Shown one piece after another: positions 53,290-60,762 of a stretch of 60,762 bases of DNA (position 1 is the stretch's first letter; every line of letters starts with the position of its first letter). The notes below the pieces were generated by a model. The model was not told the DNA's origin and did no database searches. It saw only the letters and a list, made by a program, of their open reading frames with translations. The stretch lies in the IMG/VR virus record IMGVR_UViG_3300043410_001129, positions 1-60,762 of that record; one strand, written 5' to 3'. The translations under genes and the position numbers were made by a program. The stretch comes from a virus. Taxonomy: Duplodnaviria > Caudoviricetes.

Positions 53290-53489
53290 GGGTTAGGGCT
53301 TTCGACTGTAAATGTCAGGTTGCCAGAGGCAATCTGGTCTTGGATGAGCTGAGACTCGAAGACGTCTTTGATCGCGCCAAAGTCTGTGTTGTTGGCGTCG
53401 AGCGGAATGAAGACGTTGTCAGATACGCGGCGGATAACACCAGGGGAACCGCTGATTGGGTCGATAGAGACTTCGTATGTTTCAGTCAT
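53286..53489 (-). CDS. Small tail-associated protein
   Basis: IRRVSDNVFIPLDANNTDF motif, directly after a fibre gene. Confidence 0.65.
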   Translation of the reverse strand: MTETYEVSIDPISGSPGVIRRVSDNVFIPLDANNTDFGAIKDVFESQLIQDQIASGNLTFTVESPNP

Positions 53490-53491
53490 TG

Positions 53492-54520
53492 TTAAAGCTC
53501 CGTTGAGGCGTCGAAGTAATTGGTGGATGCGTTTGCAGTGAAGAGAAGTGCGGCCCGCCCTTGTGTGAATGGACCTGTTGAGGTGCAAAGAATCCAGTTG
53601 CTCAAGGTTCCGTCATAGACTGTATTGATTGCAGTGAGTGCAGTCTGAGCTGACGAGTCATAGAGGTTGACGGTTCCGCCAAAGCTAAGCGACGGAGTTG
53701 TTCGCATTGTGGTGGGGAAGTTGATCTGAATGTTCGCTTGGGTCGTGTTGCTGAAAATGCCAGTGCCGATGAGATTGTAGCCGAGGGTCGCATTGCCAGC
53801 GCGACGCCAGTAGTAACGCTGGCAGAGCTGGAGTTCGGTGCCAATGGGGCGGCGTTCGAAGGGGGTGGCGATGGTGCCAAGTTCGAGCTGGCAGCCGGTG
53901 ATGTAGCGGGTGCCGGTGGTATGGGGGCCAAGGATAAACTCAATTTGTAGACCATTGGCTGTGTTGGCGGGAGCCGTAAACGTCGTGGATACGAAGGTCC
54001 ATGTATTGGCTGGGACGGCAGAGAAAGAGGGGACTGAGGTGTAAGTGAGGGCGGAGAAATTGTCGATGGCGTTCGGGGACGAAGCGGCGAGAGCTGGTGT
54101 AAAAGCTGTGGTAGAGTAAATCCAGGCAGAGACCGTGACTGTCTTGTTGGCGAGGTCACGAGCGTTAAAGCTCTCAATGCGCTGTGCGAAGTTGCAACTG
54201 GTGTTCCCGGCTGCACCGGTGATTGCCACACCAGTGGGGAAGCCAGCCACCGACAGGCTAGTGTTTTGTGACCAGGCCAGGTTTGCGCCGCCGGTGTAGA
54301 GAATCCAGCGATCTACGCAGAAGACAATGGCAACACCGGAGCCGGTGCCGGAGGAGCCGCGCTGGGAAACGTCCATCGCGCCGTTAATGAAGCGGTTGCG
54401 GAACATCAGTGGGGATGGAGTAACAAGGGTTCCGCCCAGAGATGTGTTGCCAGCAGCATCGAGTGTGATGTTGGTAATGGTTGCTGACGGATGGGAGAAC
54501 GTATCGGTTTTAAGGGCCAT
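53492..54520 (-). CDS. Tail fibre / receptor-binding protein
   Basis: FRNRFINGAMDVSQRG and QLELG..ATPFERR....ELQLCQRYY. Confidence 0.85.
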   Translation of the reverse strand: MALKTDTFSHPSATITNITLDAAGNTSLGGTLVTPSPLMFRNRFINGAMDVSQRGSSGTGSGVAIVFCVDRWILYTGGANLAWSQNTSLSVAGFPTGVAITGAAGNTSCNFAQRIESFNARDLANKTVTVSAWIYSTTAFTPALAASSPNAIDNFSALTYTSVPSFSAVPANTWTFVSTTFTAPANTANGLQIEFILGPHTTGTRYITGCQLELGTIATPFERRPIGTELQLCQRYYWRRAGNATLGYNLIGTGIFSNTTQANIQINFPTTMRTTPSLSFGGTVNLYDSSAQTALTAINTVYDGTLSNWILCTSTGPFTQGRAALLFTANASTNYFDASTEL

Positions 54521-54533
54521 GAGTGCCTCCTTG

Positions 54534-54968
54534 TTACTGCGGCTGCTCAGGCCAAACGACGGAGTTCACCACGTCGGCGAGCTGCTCGACCGAAGTGGAG
54601 GCGGCGATTGCGTCCTTCGCTGCATTGCAAGTAGTGCGCACTGCGGAGCGAAATGTCGTCCATGCTTCTGGAACGGGGACGCCTTCTTGGGCGCGGATGA
54701 CGAGCCAATCTGACTTGGAGAGGATATTGAAGGCGCCGTTGTTGAGGGTGAGAGTGAACTCTTCCTTGAGGGCGGCGAGGTCTTTGGGAAGGCCGGGGGC
54801 ATCGTAGAAGCGGGCGTCGAAGGAGTCTGGGTCCGGGATTTCCGTGATGCCAATGGAGGCGCGTTCCTCGGGTGAGGCCATGCGGAGCCACGAGGCTGGA
54901 TACTGCGTGCCGTCGTTGGTCTCGAACTGGGAGTCGAGGCGGAGCGGTTTGTTGTTGAGCATGAACAT
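54534..54968 (-). CDS. Tail fibre assembly chaperone-like protein
   Basis: QYPASWL and LSKSDWLVIR...R..VR..C. Confidence 0.7.
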   Translation of the reverse strand: MFMLNNKPLRLDSQFETNDGTQYPASWLRMASPEERASIGITEIPDPDSFDARFYDAPGLPKDLAALKEEFTLTLNNGAFNILSKSDWLVIRAQEGVPVPEAWTTFRSAVRTTCNAAKDAIAASTSVEQLADVVNSVVWPEQPQ

Positions 54969-54978
54969 TGGCGGCTCC

Positions 54979-57444
54979 TCAGAAAGCGCGGGAGTAAGTG
55001 AATGGGGTATCGGCGAAGGCCATGTAGATGAAGTTGGTGCCGTTGTTGAAGGCTTGGGCACTGGCAGTGTTGAAGCCATTGCTCAAGAAATAGATGCCGT
55101 TGATGTTGACCGCTCCGGTATTGAGGTTGGGCGAGATGTCCGACAGGCCAGTCTGAGACGTGTAGTTGAAGAACTGCTTGTTGCTGTCGGCGATGAACCA
55201 GTTGGCTGCCGAGTTAGTGCGCTTCCAAAGGACGAAGCGTGGCCGGAAGTTGGTGGGGATGAAGAGGGGTCCGCCGGTGCCGACGTATGAGCCAATGGCG
55301 GAGTAGCCGGAGACTGGCGCCCAGCAGTAGGCGATGTAGGTATCGCCAGCTGTGTTCACGTTGGCGTCGGTGCCAAGAGAGAAGGTGGTGCTGGTCGGGC
55401 TGGTGCTGTTCCAGGCGGCAGTGTTGGTCGCGACAGCTGCCGTGGAAGACATCGTCATGACTTGGGTATTGGCGAGGGATGAGTGGTAGACGAGGCCGGT
55501 TGACGTTGCGCCGCCTGCTGCGATTGCACGCTTAATGACGATGAAGCCTGGGGCGACTCCGAGGCCGTGGCCGACGGTTCCGTTTGCGCCGGTTCCGACA
55601 TACTTGACGATGCTGAAGCCGTATTTCTTGTTGACGGAAATGGTTGAGCCAATGGTGCCGTCAGTGTTGGTGGCGCTGCCGTTTCCGGCGAGCCAAGAGT
55701 AGGCGATGTAGGCGGCTGCGCTTGTGTTGTAGTTGGCGTCTGCGCCAATGGTGAAGCCGCTGGTGTCGAACGATGTGAGGCCGGTGGTGTCGTTGGACTG
55801 AGCGGCGGTGAGGTCTGTGCTGAGAGCTTGTTGGACGCCGCGCACGGAGTCTGTGAGCTTGTGCGAGAGGATCGACGAGGTCGACTTAATCCAGACCAAG
55901 TCTGGCTTGAAGGCAGCGCCTGCCTTGTTGCTGGTTGCGTTGCTGATGGATTGGGTCGCGCCGGTGCCCGTGTATTGGGTGGCGGCCATCGCGTTCGCAC
56001 CATTGAGGATCGACTCGGGGCTTGAGGCGAGGATGTTGAAGGTGTTGACCGCCAGGAAGCCGGTGGGCGGTGTGTAGTTGAAGGGGAACTGGCCGAAGTT
56101 GGCGTGGAGCGACGATGCGTATGCTGACTGATAGCCAATGCACGGCAGGTAGCCGAGAGAGCCGGAGCCTGGGATCGCGATGGTGAGCGTGGGCTGCGCG
56201 ACTCCGTTTCGGTAGAAAGTGATGGTGCCGTTGTCGAGATCGAGAGCGACGCCGATGGTGAGACCAATGGTGTTCCAGGTGGAGCCGTATGTCGCGCCTG
56301 TGGCGCTGCCGACGTATTTCTTTCCGTCGGAGCAGTAGCCAACGGCATTGGTGAGTGCGAAGGCGTATGAGGCGCCCCAGGACACGTTGTTGGCCGGGAT
56401 GATGCCGACAGTGGCGTAGATGGATACGGCAGTTGCTTGGACGACTTCCCAATACCACTTGCCCTTGACGAGTGGCATGGTGCCGACAGCTGCGTCGTAA
56501 GTGGTTCCTCCAAAGGTGGCGTAAAGGCCACCTTTGGTGATGCCGTTGTTTGTGACCATCATGGTGCCGGAGCGTGCGTTGAAGACGCAGTAGTTGCCAC
56601 GGTTGTAGGTGATCGAGCCGTCAGAGTAGAGCGTCGGAGAGTCGATCACGCTCATGTAGAGGCTGTTGCCGGGTGTGAGGTTGACCGAGGCGCCTGGCGT
56701 GAAGTTGTTGCCGACGCCAGAGAAGTCTGTGCCGAGAGCGGATGTCGAGGAGTTGTCCTGGAAGGTCAGGTAGAAACCGTTGGTGCCGAAGGTTCCGTTG
56801 TAGCGAATAGGTTGCCAGACTCCGGTGACGGTGTCCCAAGTGCCGAAGCTCGAGGGGGTGAGCTGCTGGCCGTCGATGAACATGACTTCGGCATTGATAT
56901 TGTCGTTGACGATGAAGCCAACGCCGCGCTGAGCGGCGCCGACCTGGATGTTGGAGGTGGCGGTGGCGAAATATGATGGAGCGCTTGTGGAGGTTGTGTA
57001 GGTCTGCCAGGCTTGCTGGATGCCGTTGACATAGAGCTTGATGCGGTCGGTGGCGGTTGCAAGGCTCGTGTCGACTGCAACAATGATGTGATACCAGGCG
57101 CTTGTGTCCTGGAAGAACATCTTTGAGGTGGCTGAAATGTTGGCGGTATTGGCGACGACGTTGCCGAAGACAAGTGCGTCTGTGGAGTCGAAGCCGATGA
57201 AGGAGTAGTCGGTGGTGGGGCTGGAGGCTTTGGTCGCGCCCATGAAGTAACCGGCGAGGCCGGTGGTAGTGCGCTTGACCCAGGTGCTGATGGTGTATTT
57301 CGTGGTGGACGTGGGTGTGCCGATGGCGGAGCGGGTGAAATAATTGGTCGTGTTGGTGCCGCCCGTGAAGCGAAAGGCACGGTCAATGCGCAGGTATGGC
57401 AAGCCCTTGAACTGGTTGATGTTGACGTTGAAGGGAAGAGTCAT
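54979..57444 (-). CDS. Large receptor-binding tail protein (LamG/ConA-like and SPRY-like domains)
   Basis: TISTWVKR, WYHIIVAVD, GKWYWEV, IGVALDLDNG and PDLVWIK. Confidence 0.85.
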   Translation of the reverse strand: MTLPFNVNINQFKGLPYLRIDRAFRFTGGTNTTNYFTRSAIGTPTSTTKYTISTWVKRTTTGLAGYFMGATKASSPTTDYSFIGFDSTDALVFGNVVANTANISATSKMFFQDTSAWYHIIVAVDTSLATATDRIKLYVNGIQQAWQTYTTSTSAPSYFATATSNIQVGAAQRGVGFIVNDNINAEVMFIDGQQLTPSSFGTWDTVTGVWQPIRYNGTFGTNGFYLTFQDNSSTSALGTDFSGVGNNFTPGASVNLTPGNSLYMSVIDSPTLYSDGSITYNRGNYCVFNARSGTMMVTNNGITKGGLYATFGGTTYDAAVGTMPLVKGKWYWEVVQATAVSIYATVGIIPANNVSWGASYAFALTNAVGYCSDGKKYVGSATGATYGSTWNTIGLTIGVALDLDNGTITFYRNGVAQPTLTIAIPGSGSLGYLPCIGYQSAYASSLHANFGQFPFNYTPPTGFLAVNTFNILASSPESILNGANAMAATQYTGTGATQSISNATSNKAGAAFKPDLVWIKSTSSILSHKLTDSVRGVQQALSTDLTAAQSNDTTGLTSFDTSGFTIGADANYNTSAAAYIAYSWLAGNGSATNTDGTIGSTISVNKKYGFSIVKYVGTGANGTVGHGLGVAPGFIVIKRAIAAGGATSTGLVYHSSLANTQVMTMSSTAAVATNTAAWNSTSPTSTTFSLGTDANVNTAGDTYIAYCWAPVSGYSAIGSYVGTGGPLFIPTNFRPRFVLWKRTNSAANWFIADSNKQFFNYTSQTGLSDISPNLNTGAVNINGIYFLSNGFNTASAQAFNNGTNFIYMAFADTPFTYSRAF

Positions 57445-57447
57445 CGG

Positions 57448-57963
57448 TCATCCGCAGTTGATAAGGGCTTGGGCCAAGATGCTGGTGGAAGATCGAACGG
57501 TGTAGACAATGGCGTCTGTGGTGCTGGCGGCTGTGGAGATCACGGGAGTGGAGCCGCCTGGGAATTTCCAGTAGGAGCCGAATGAGAGAAGGCGCGAGCC
57601 GGTCGCGTCCTGGGTGATGAAGATGATGCCGGACTGGCCAGGCACGAGGTTGCTTGGGTTGGCCAAGGTGTTGGTCGCGTTGGCGTTGAGCGTGAACGAG
57701 AAGTTGTTGGCTGTGGCCAGGTCGAGCGTGATCGTGCCGCTGGTGTTGCCGAGGGCGCTGATGTTCTGGTTGGCGGCTCCGGTGTAGGCGAAGACCCCGT
57801 TGGCGTCGATAATGGCGCGACTGACGCCTGCGGTGGCGATCCCGAAGGAAGTGGAAGTCGGGAAGTAGAAGCCGGTGTTGTTCGAAGCGGAGCGGTCGGC
57901 TGGCGTTGAGGCGCTGCCGTTTACGTTGGTGATGCCGCTGGAGCCGTCGATATAGACTGTCAT
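57448..57963 (-). CDS. Short tail-fibre-like protein
   Basis: TLANPSNL.PGQSG.IFITQDATGSR. Confidence 0.75.
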   Translation of the reverse strand: MTVYIDGSSGITNVNGSASTPADRSASNNTGFYFPTSTSFGIATAGVSRAIIDANGVFAYTGAANQNISALGNTSGTITLDLATANNFSFTLNANATNTLANPSNLVPGQSGIIFITQDATGSRLLSFGSYWKFPGGSTPVISTAASTTDAIVYTVRSSTSILAQALINCG

Positions 57964-58241
57964 GGGGTGCCCTTTACGATGTTCACGAGGCGAGTGTTCG
58001 GCTCGAGGGCGATGAAGCCGTGGTATTGACCGACGTGCCAATCGAGGACGGCGCCAGCTGATGCGGTCTGTTCCCAGGTGCCTTCTGGACCAAATGCTTT
58101 GAGGCTGCCGCGAGCGACGATGCTGATGTGGATGTCGTCGTTGCCGTGGACGTGCAGCGGCAGTTCATCGCCGATCTGTTCGAAGTCGTAGATGGTGCCG
58201 GTCAGTTTTCCGATGCTGAATTGGCGCTCAAGCAATGACAT
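57960..58241 (-). CDS. Cupin-fold protein
   Basis: LPLHVH...IHISIVARG...HGFIALE. Confidence 0.75.
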   Translation of the reverse strand: MSLLERQFSIGKLTGTIYDFEQIGDELPLHVHGNDDIHISIVARGSLKAFGPEGTWEQTASAGAVLDWHVGQYHGFIALEPNTRLVNIVKGTP

Positions 58242-58479
58242 TGGGACCGCCGTTCGGAATGGTCGAGATGGGAGTTGTTTGCTCAGGAGTCGGAATTTCT
58301 ACGCACGATGTGCCGTCCCAATACCAAAGGTCTGGGGCCGTTGAGTCGCCGCACTCGACCCAGAACAAAGGGGCTGCGACCTCGAAAGGGAAGTCGCAGA
58401 CTTCTGCAACGCGGACACCAATCTGGTCGCCGTTGTAGGAGTAGGCTTGTTCAATCGGTGAGATCAGAGCGTGTTTCAT
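58228..58479 (-). CDS. Small tail-associated protein
   Basis: RVAEV....FEVA.PLFWVEC. Follows a fibre gene. Confidence 0.7.
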   Translation of the reverse strand: MKHALISPIEQAYSYNGDQIGVRVAEVCDFPFEVAAPLFWVECGDSTAPDLWYWDGTSCVEIPTPEQTTPISTIPNGGPNVIA

Positions 58480-58487
58480 ATCGAACC

Positions 58488-59810
58488 TCAGTATTCAATG
58501 ATGCAAAGGCCGGGAGCGCCGTTGCCGCCAGCTTGAGCGGTAGACGTAGACCAGGCTCCGCCGCCACCAGCTCCGTAGCCGGTCGCTGCGTTGCCCGCGC
58601 CACCTGAAGTAATGCGGGGAGCGCCACCGACGCCGAATGAGTTCCAGCCGTTTGCGCCAGGCATTTGATACTGACTTGATGTGCCACTGATAGTCCCGGC
58701 GCAGGTGGTTGTGAGACCAACCGAGACCAAGACGTCCATGGTTGCTGGGCCGGTGATGTTGATGTCACCAGAAGAGCCAGTTCCACCGGAGTAAGGTCCG
58801 AGGAAAGTCGTTGAACTCGTATTGACTGCACCGCCCGCGCCACCGGTTGCAGAGCAGTAAGCGCCAAAGGATGTTGTGCCGCCGCTGTTGCCGTTTCCGT
58901 TGGAGACACCGGTTCCGCCAGCACCAATCGTGACGGAAACGGTGGAGCCTGGTGTGAGGCCGGTAATGTATTTGATCGCAACGCCGCCGCTGCGACCTGC
59001 CAAGCCACGGTTGCCGTTGTTGATGCCCGTTCCACCGCCAGCTCCGCCTGCTCCGATGAGAGTTACTTTTGCGGCGGTGATGCCAGTAGGAACAGTCCAG
59101 TTTCCGGTGGCGGTAATGACAGCTGTTGTGGTGAAGCCACCTGTAATAGTTCCCCATGTTGGCGCGGCGGACGTGCCGCCTGAAATAAGGGCTTGGCCAG
59201 CGGTTCCGTAATTCGCGCCGCCAATGCCGAGCTGACCGGCAGAACCAAAACGGAAGCGCTCGGCAGAGTTGGTGTAGATCGAGAGAGGGCTGGTGCCGAC
59301 GGAGGAGATGTAGGAGGCAGCGTTGTTGGCGTTTAAATACATGCGGGTGACGCCCGCAGTCTGAATTTCGAGGCCGGGGTAGTTGGTGGCGGTTGCGTTG
59401 TTGATCGCAAGGCCGCTGGAGACAGTGGTGATGCCAGAGGCTGTGCCGATCCCGACGTTGCCGCTGGCGTCGATGCGGAGAGCATCGTTGTAGGAGCCGT
59501 TGTTGTAGGTGCGGAAACCAAGGGATGTGTTGCCCGCACCGCTGGTGACGGCATCGACGTAGGCCAAGCCGGAGGAGGTTGGGTAAAGGTAGAGGCCGTA
59601 GGAATTGCTGGTCCCGGACAGTGTCGTCGATTGCTTAGTAATCGAAATGGATGCGGATGGCGAAGTCGTCCCGATGCCAAGGTTGCCGCTTGGGTCTTGG
59701 ACCATAAGCGTGCCGCCGACTGTCGGGAAATAGAATTGGGTCGTGCCCGCGACGGCGGGGGCGTCGAGGGTTGCAGTGCCGGAGGTTGCGCCGTTGAGCT
59801 TGAGGGACAT
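58488..59810 (-). CDS. Tail fibre with glycine-rich C-terminal domain
   Basis: GNVGIGT repeats, WTVPTG...GAGGAGG and G..IIEY end. Confidence 0.85.
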   Translation of the reverse strand: MSLKLNGATSGTATLDAPAVAGTTQFYFPTVGGTLMVQDPSGNLGIGTTSPSASISITKQSTTLSGTSNSYGLYLYPTSSGLAYVDAVTSGAGNTSLGFRTYNNGSYNDALRIDASGNVGIGTASGITTVSSGLAINNATATNYPGLEIQTAGVTRMYLNANNAASYISSVGTSPLSIYTNSAERFRFGSAGQLGIGGANYGTAGQALISGGTSAAPTWGTITGGFTTTAVITATGNWTVPTGITAAKVTLIGAGGAGGGTGINNGNRGLAGRSGGVAIKYITGLTPGSTVSVTIGAGGTGVSNGNGNSGGTTSFGAYCSATGGAGGAVNTSSTTFLGPYSGGTGSSGDINITGPATMDVLVSVGLTTTCAGTISGTSSQYQMPGANGWNSFGVGGAPRITSGGAGNAATGYGAGGGGAWSTSTAQAGGNGAPGLCIIEY

Positions 59811-60762
59811 TAGACGATGCTCCAGGTGGAGCCAGCTGGGACAGTGACGGTGACGCCTGCTGGGATAGTGATCGGGCCGAAGGTGCCAGCGTTCTTGCCA
59901 GCGGGGATCGAGTAGCTGGTGGTGACCGTCTGGTCGTTCAGGTTGAAGATCGCATCGGAGCCACCGCCCGTTGCGCCACCGCCACCAATGTCACCCCATG
60001 CGGAGGTGTAACCTTCGAACTTGGAGGTGGTGGAGTTGTAGCGGAGCTGGCCTGCGAACGGGGAGGCGGGGCGTTGGGCCGTGGTGCCTGCTGGCATCGC
60101 GGCTGCGCCGGTGGAGGAGTCTTTGGAGACGGAGCCATTCGAGACCGAGGAGAGCGCGGTCTGGGTGGCGTAGGTGGAGGCTGCGTTGGTTTGGGTGAGA
60201 TAGGTCGAGGCAGCGTCTGTTTGCGTCAGGTAGGTGGACGCAGCGTTGGTCTGGGTCAGGTAGGTCGATGCCGCTGATGCGGAGGTCAGATAGGTGGAGG
60301 CGGCAGTGGCACTGGTCAGGTAAGTGCTGGCTGCCGAGGACTGGGTCAGGTAGGTGCTGGCGGCGTTGGCCTGGGTGAGGAAGGTTGCGCTGGCCGAGGA
60401 CGTAGTGAGGAAGCCCTGACCAAGCACGAAGGCGGTCGTGGCGATCTGGGTGGAGTTGGTGCCAGCGGTTGCGGTTGGCGCGGTCGGCGTGCCGGTGAGG
60501 GCGGGGGAGGCCAATGGCGCTTTGAGGGCGAGCGCGGCGTCGACTTGCTGTTTGGTGGTGGGGTGGAGGTTGGCCGTGGCATCGCCTGCAAGGACGATGT
60601 TGCCAGTCATGGTGCCACCGGCGAGCGGCAGCGAGCCGCCACCGCTGGTGGATACCCAGACGGTGCCCGTGTAAACGCGCATTTCTGAGGCGGTCGTGTT
60701 GAAGTGCAGGGCGCCGGTCAGAAGTGAGTTGCCGTCGTTGTCGACCGTGGGGTCGGTGGCCT
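59810..60762 (-). CDS. Tail fibre protein, C-terminal part of the gene starting at 815
   Basis: KAPLASPALTGTPTAPT, QIATTAFV, GTTAQRP and RYNST..FEGY. Confidence 0.85.
   Translation of the reverse strand, partial: ATDPTVDNDGNSLLTGALHFNTTASEMRVYTGTVWVSTSGGGSLPLAGGTMTGNIVLAGDATANLHPTTKQQVDAALALKAPLASPALTGTPTAPTATAGTNSTQIATTAFVLGQGFLTTSSASATFLTQANAASTYLTQSSAASTYLTSATAASTYLTSASAASTYLTQTNAASTYLTQTDAASTYLTQTNAASTYATQTALSSVSNGSVSKDSSTGAAAMPAGTTAQRPASPFAGQLRYNSTTSKFEGYTSAWGDIGGGGATGGGSDAIFNLNDQTVTTSYSIPAGKNAGTFGPITIPAGVTVTVPAGSTWSIV
60160..60410 (-). repeat. Degenerate 30-bp tandem repeat encoding TYLTQTNAAS (about 8 units)
   Basis: Visible in both the protein and the DNA. Confidence 0.85.
60636..60762 (+). 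repeat. Terminal direct repeat, copy 2
   Basis: Identical to 1-127. Confidence 0.95.

Larger units (their letters stand above)
1..60762. mobile_element. Complete circular genome of a podovirus-like, probably temperate Caudoviricetes phage (about 60.6 kb)
   Basis: TerL, portal, capsid, tail, lysis, replication and integrase genes fill the window with no host housekeeping genes. The ends overlap by 127 bp. No tape-measure or sheath gene was recognised. Confidence 0.95.

Noticed and set aside
60636-60762. 127-bp terminal repeat as a biological DTR
   Set aside because: Its length equals a common assembler k-mer and it interrupts a continuous ORF, so it is best explained as a circularisation overlap.
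53492-60762. Diversity-generating retroelement targeting tail fibres
   Set aside because: No reverse transcriptase and no template/variable repeat pair were seen.

Overview
The window is a complete, circularly assembled genome of a tailed dsDNA phage, probably podovirus-like and temperate. Bases 1-127 are identical to 60636-60762, which is typical of an assembler overlap and gives a unit length of about 60,635 bp. The host is probably an alphaproteobacterium, inferred from a CTTGCA-N17-CTATAT promoter, a DUF6127-like gene and a GTA-type holin. The minus strand carries terminase, portal, tail fibres, scaffold, SU10/DUF5309-type capsid, tail tube and nozzle proteins, putative ejection proteins including a 3202-aa polyvalent protein, a primase-helicase and lysis genes. 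The plus strand carries an early region (5.9-17.3 kb: EndoV-like glycosylase, CobS/CobT-like MoxR-vWA pair, dCMP deaminase, LuxR-type HTH, tyrosine integrase) and a recombination operon (25.5-30.2 kb). I saw no DNA polymerase, RNA polymerase, CI-type repressor, tRNA or CRISPR array. The most interesting signals are non-coding and may form an unrecognised regulatory programme. They are four GAA-triloop hairpins with a fixed TGARGGGAATA tail heading the early units, seven GGACGAC-N18/19-(-10) promoters with a candidate GcrA-like activator, and an sRNA of about 90 nt with two anti-Shine-Dalgarno motifs next to the integrase. All family assignments come from motif recognition by eye, not from database searches.
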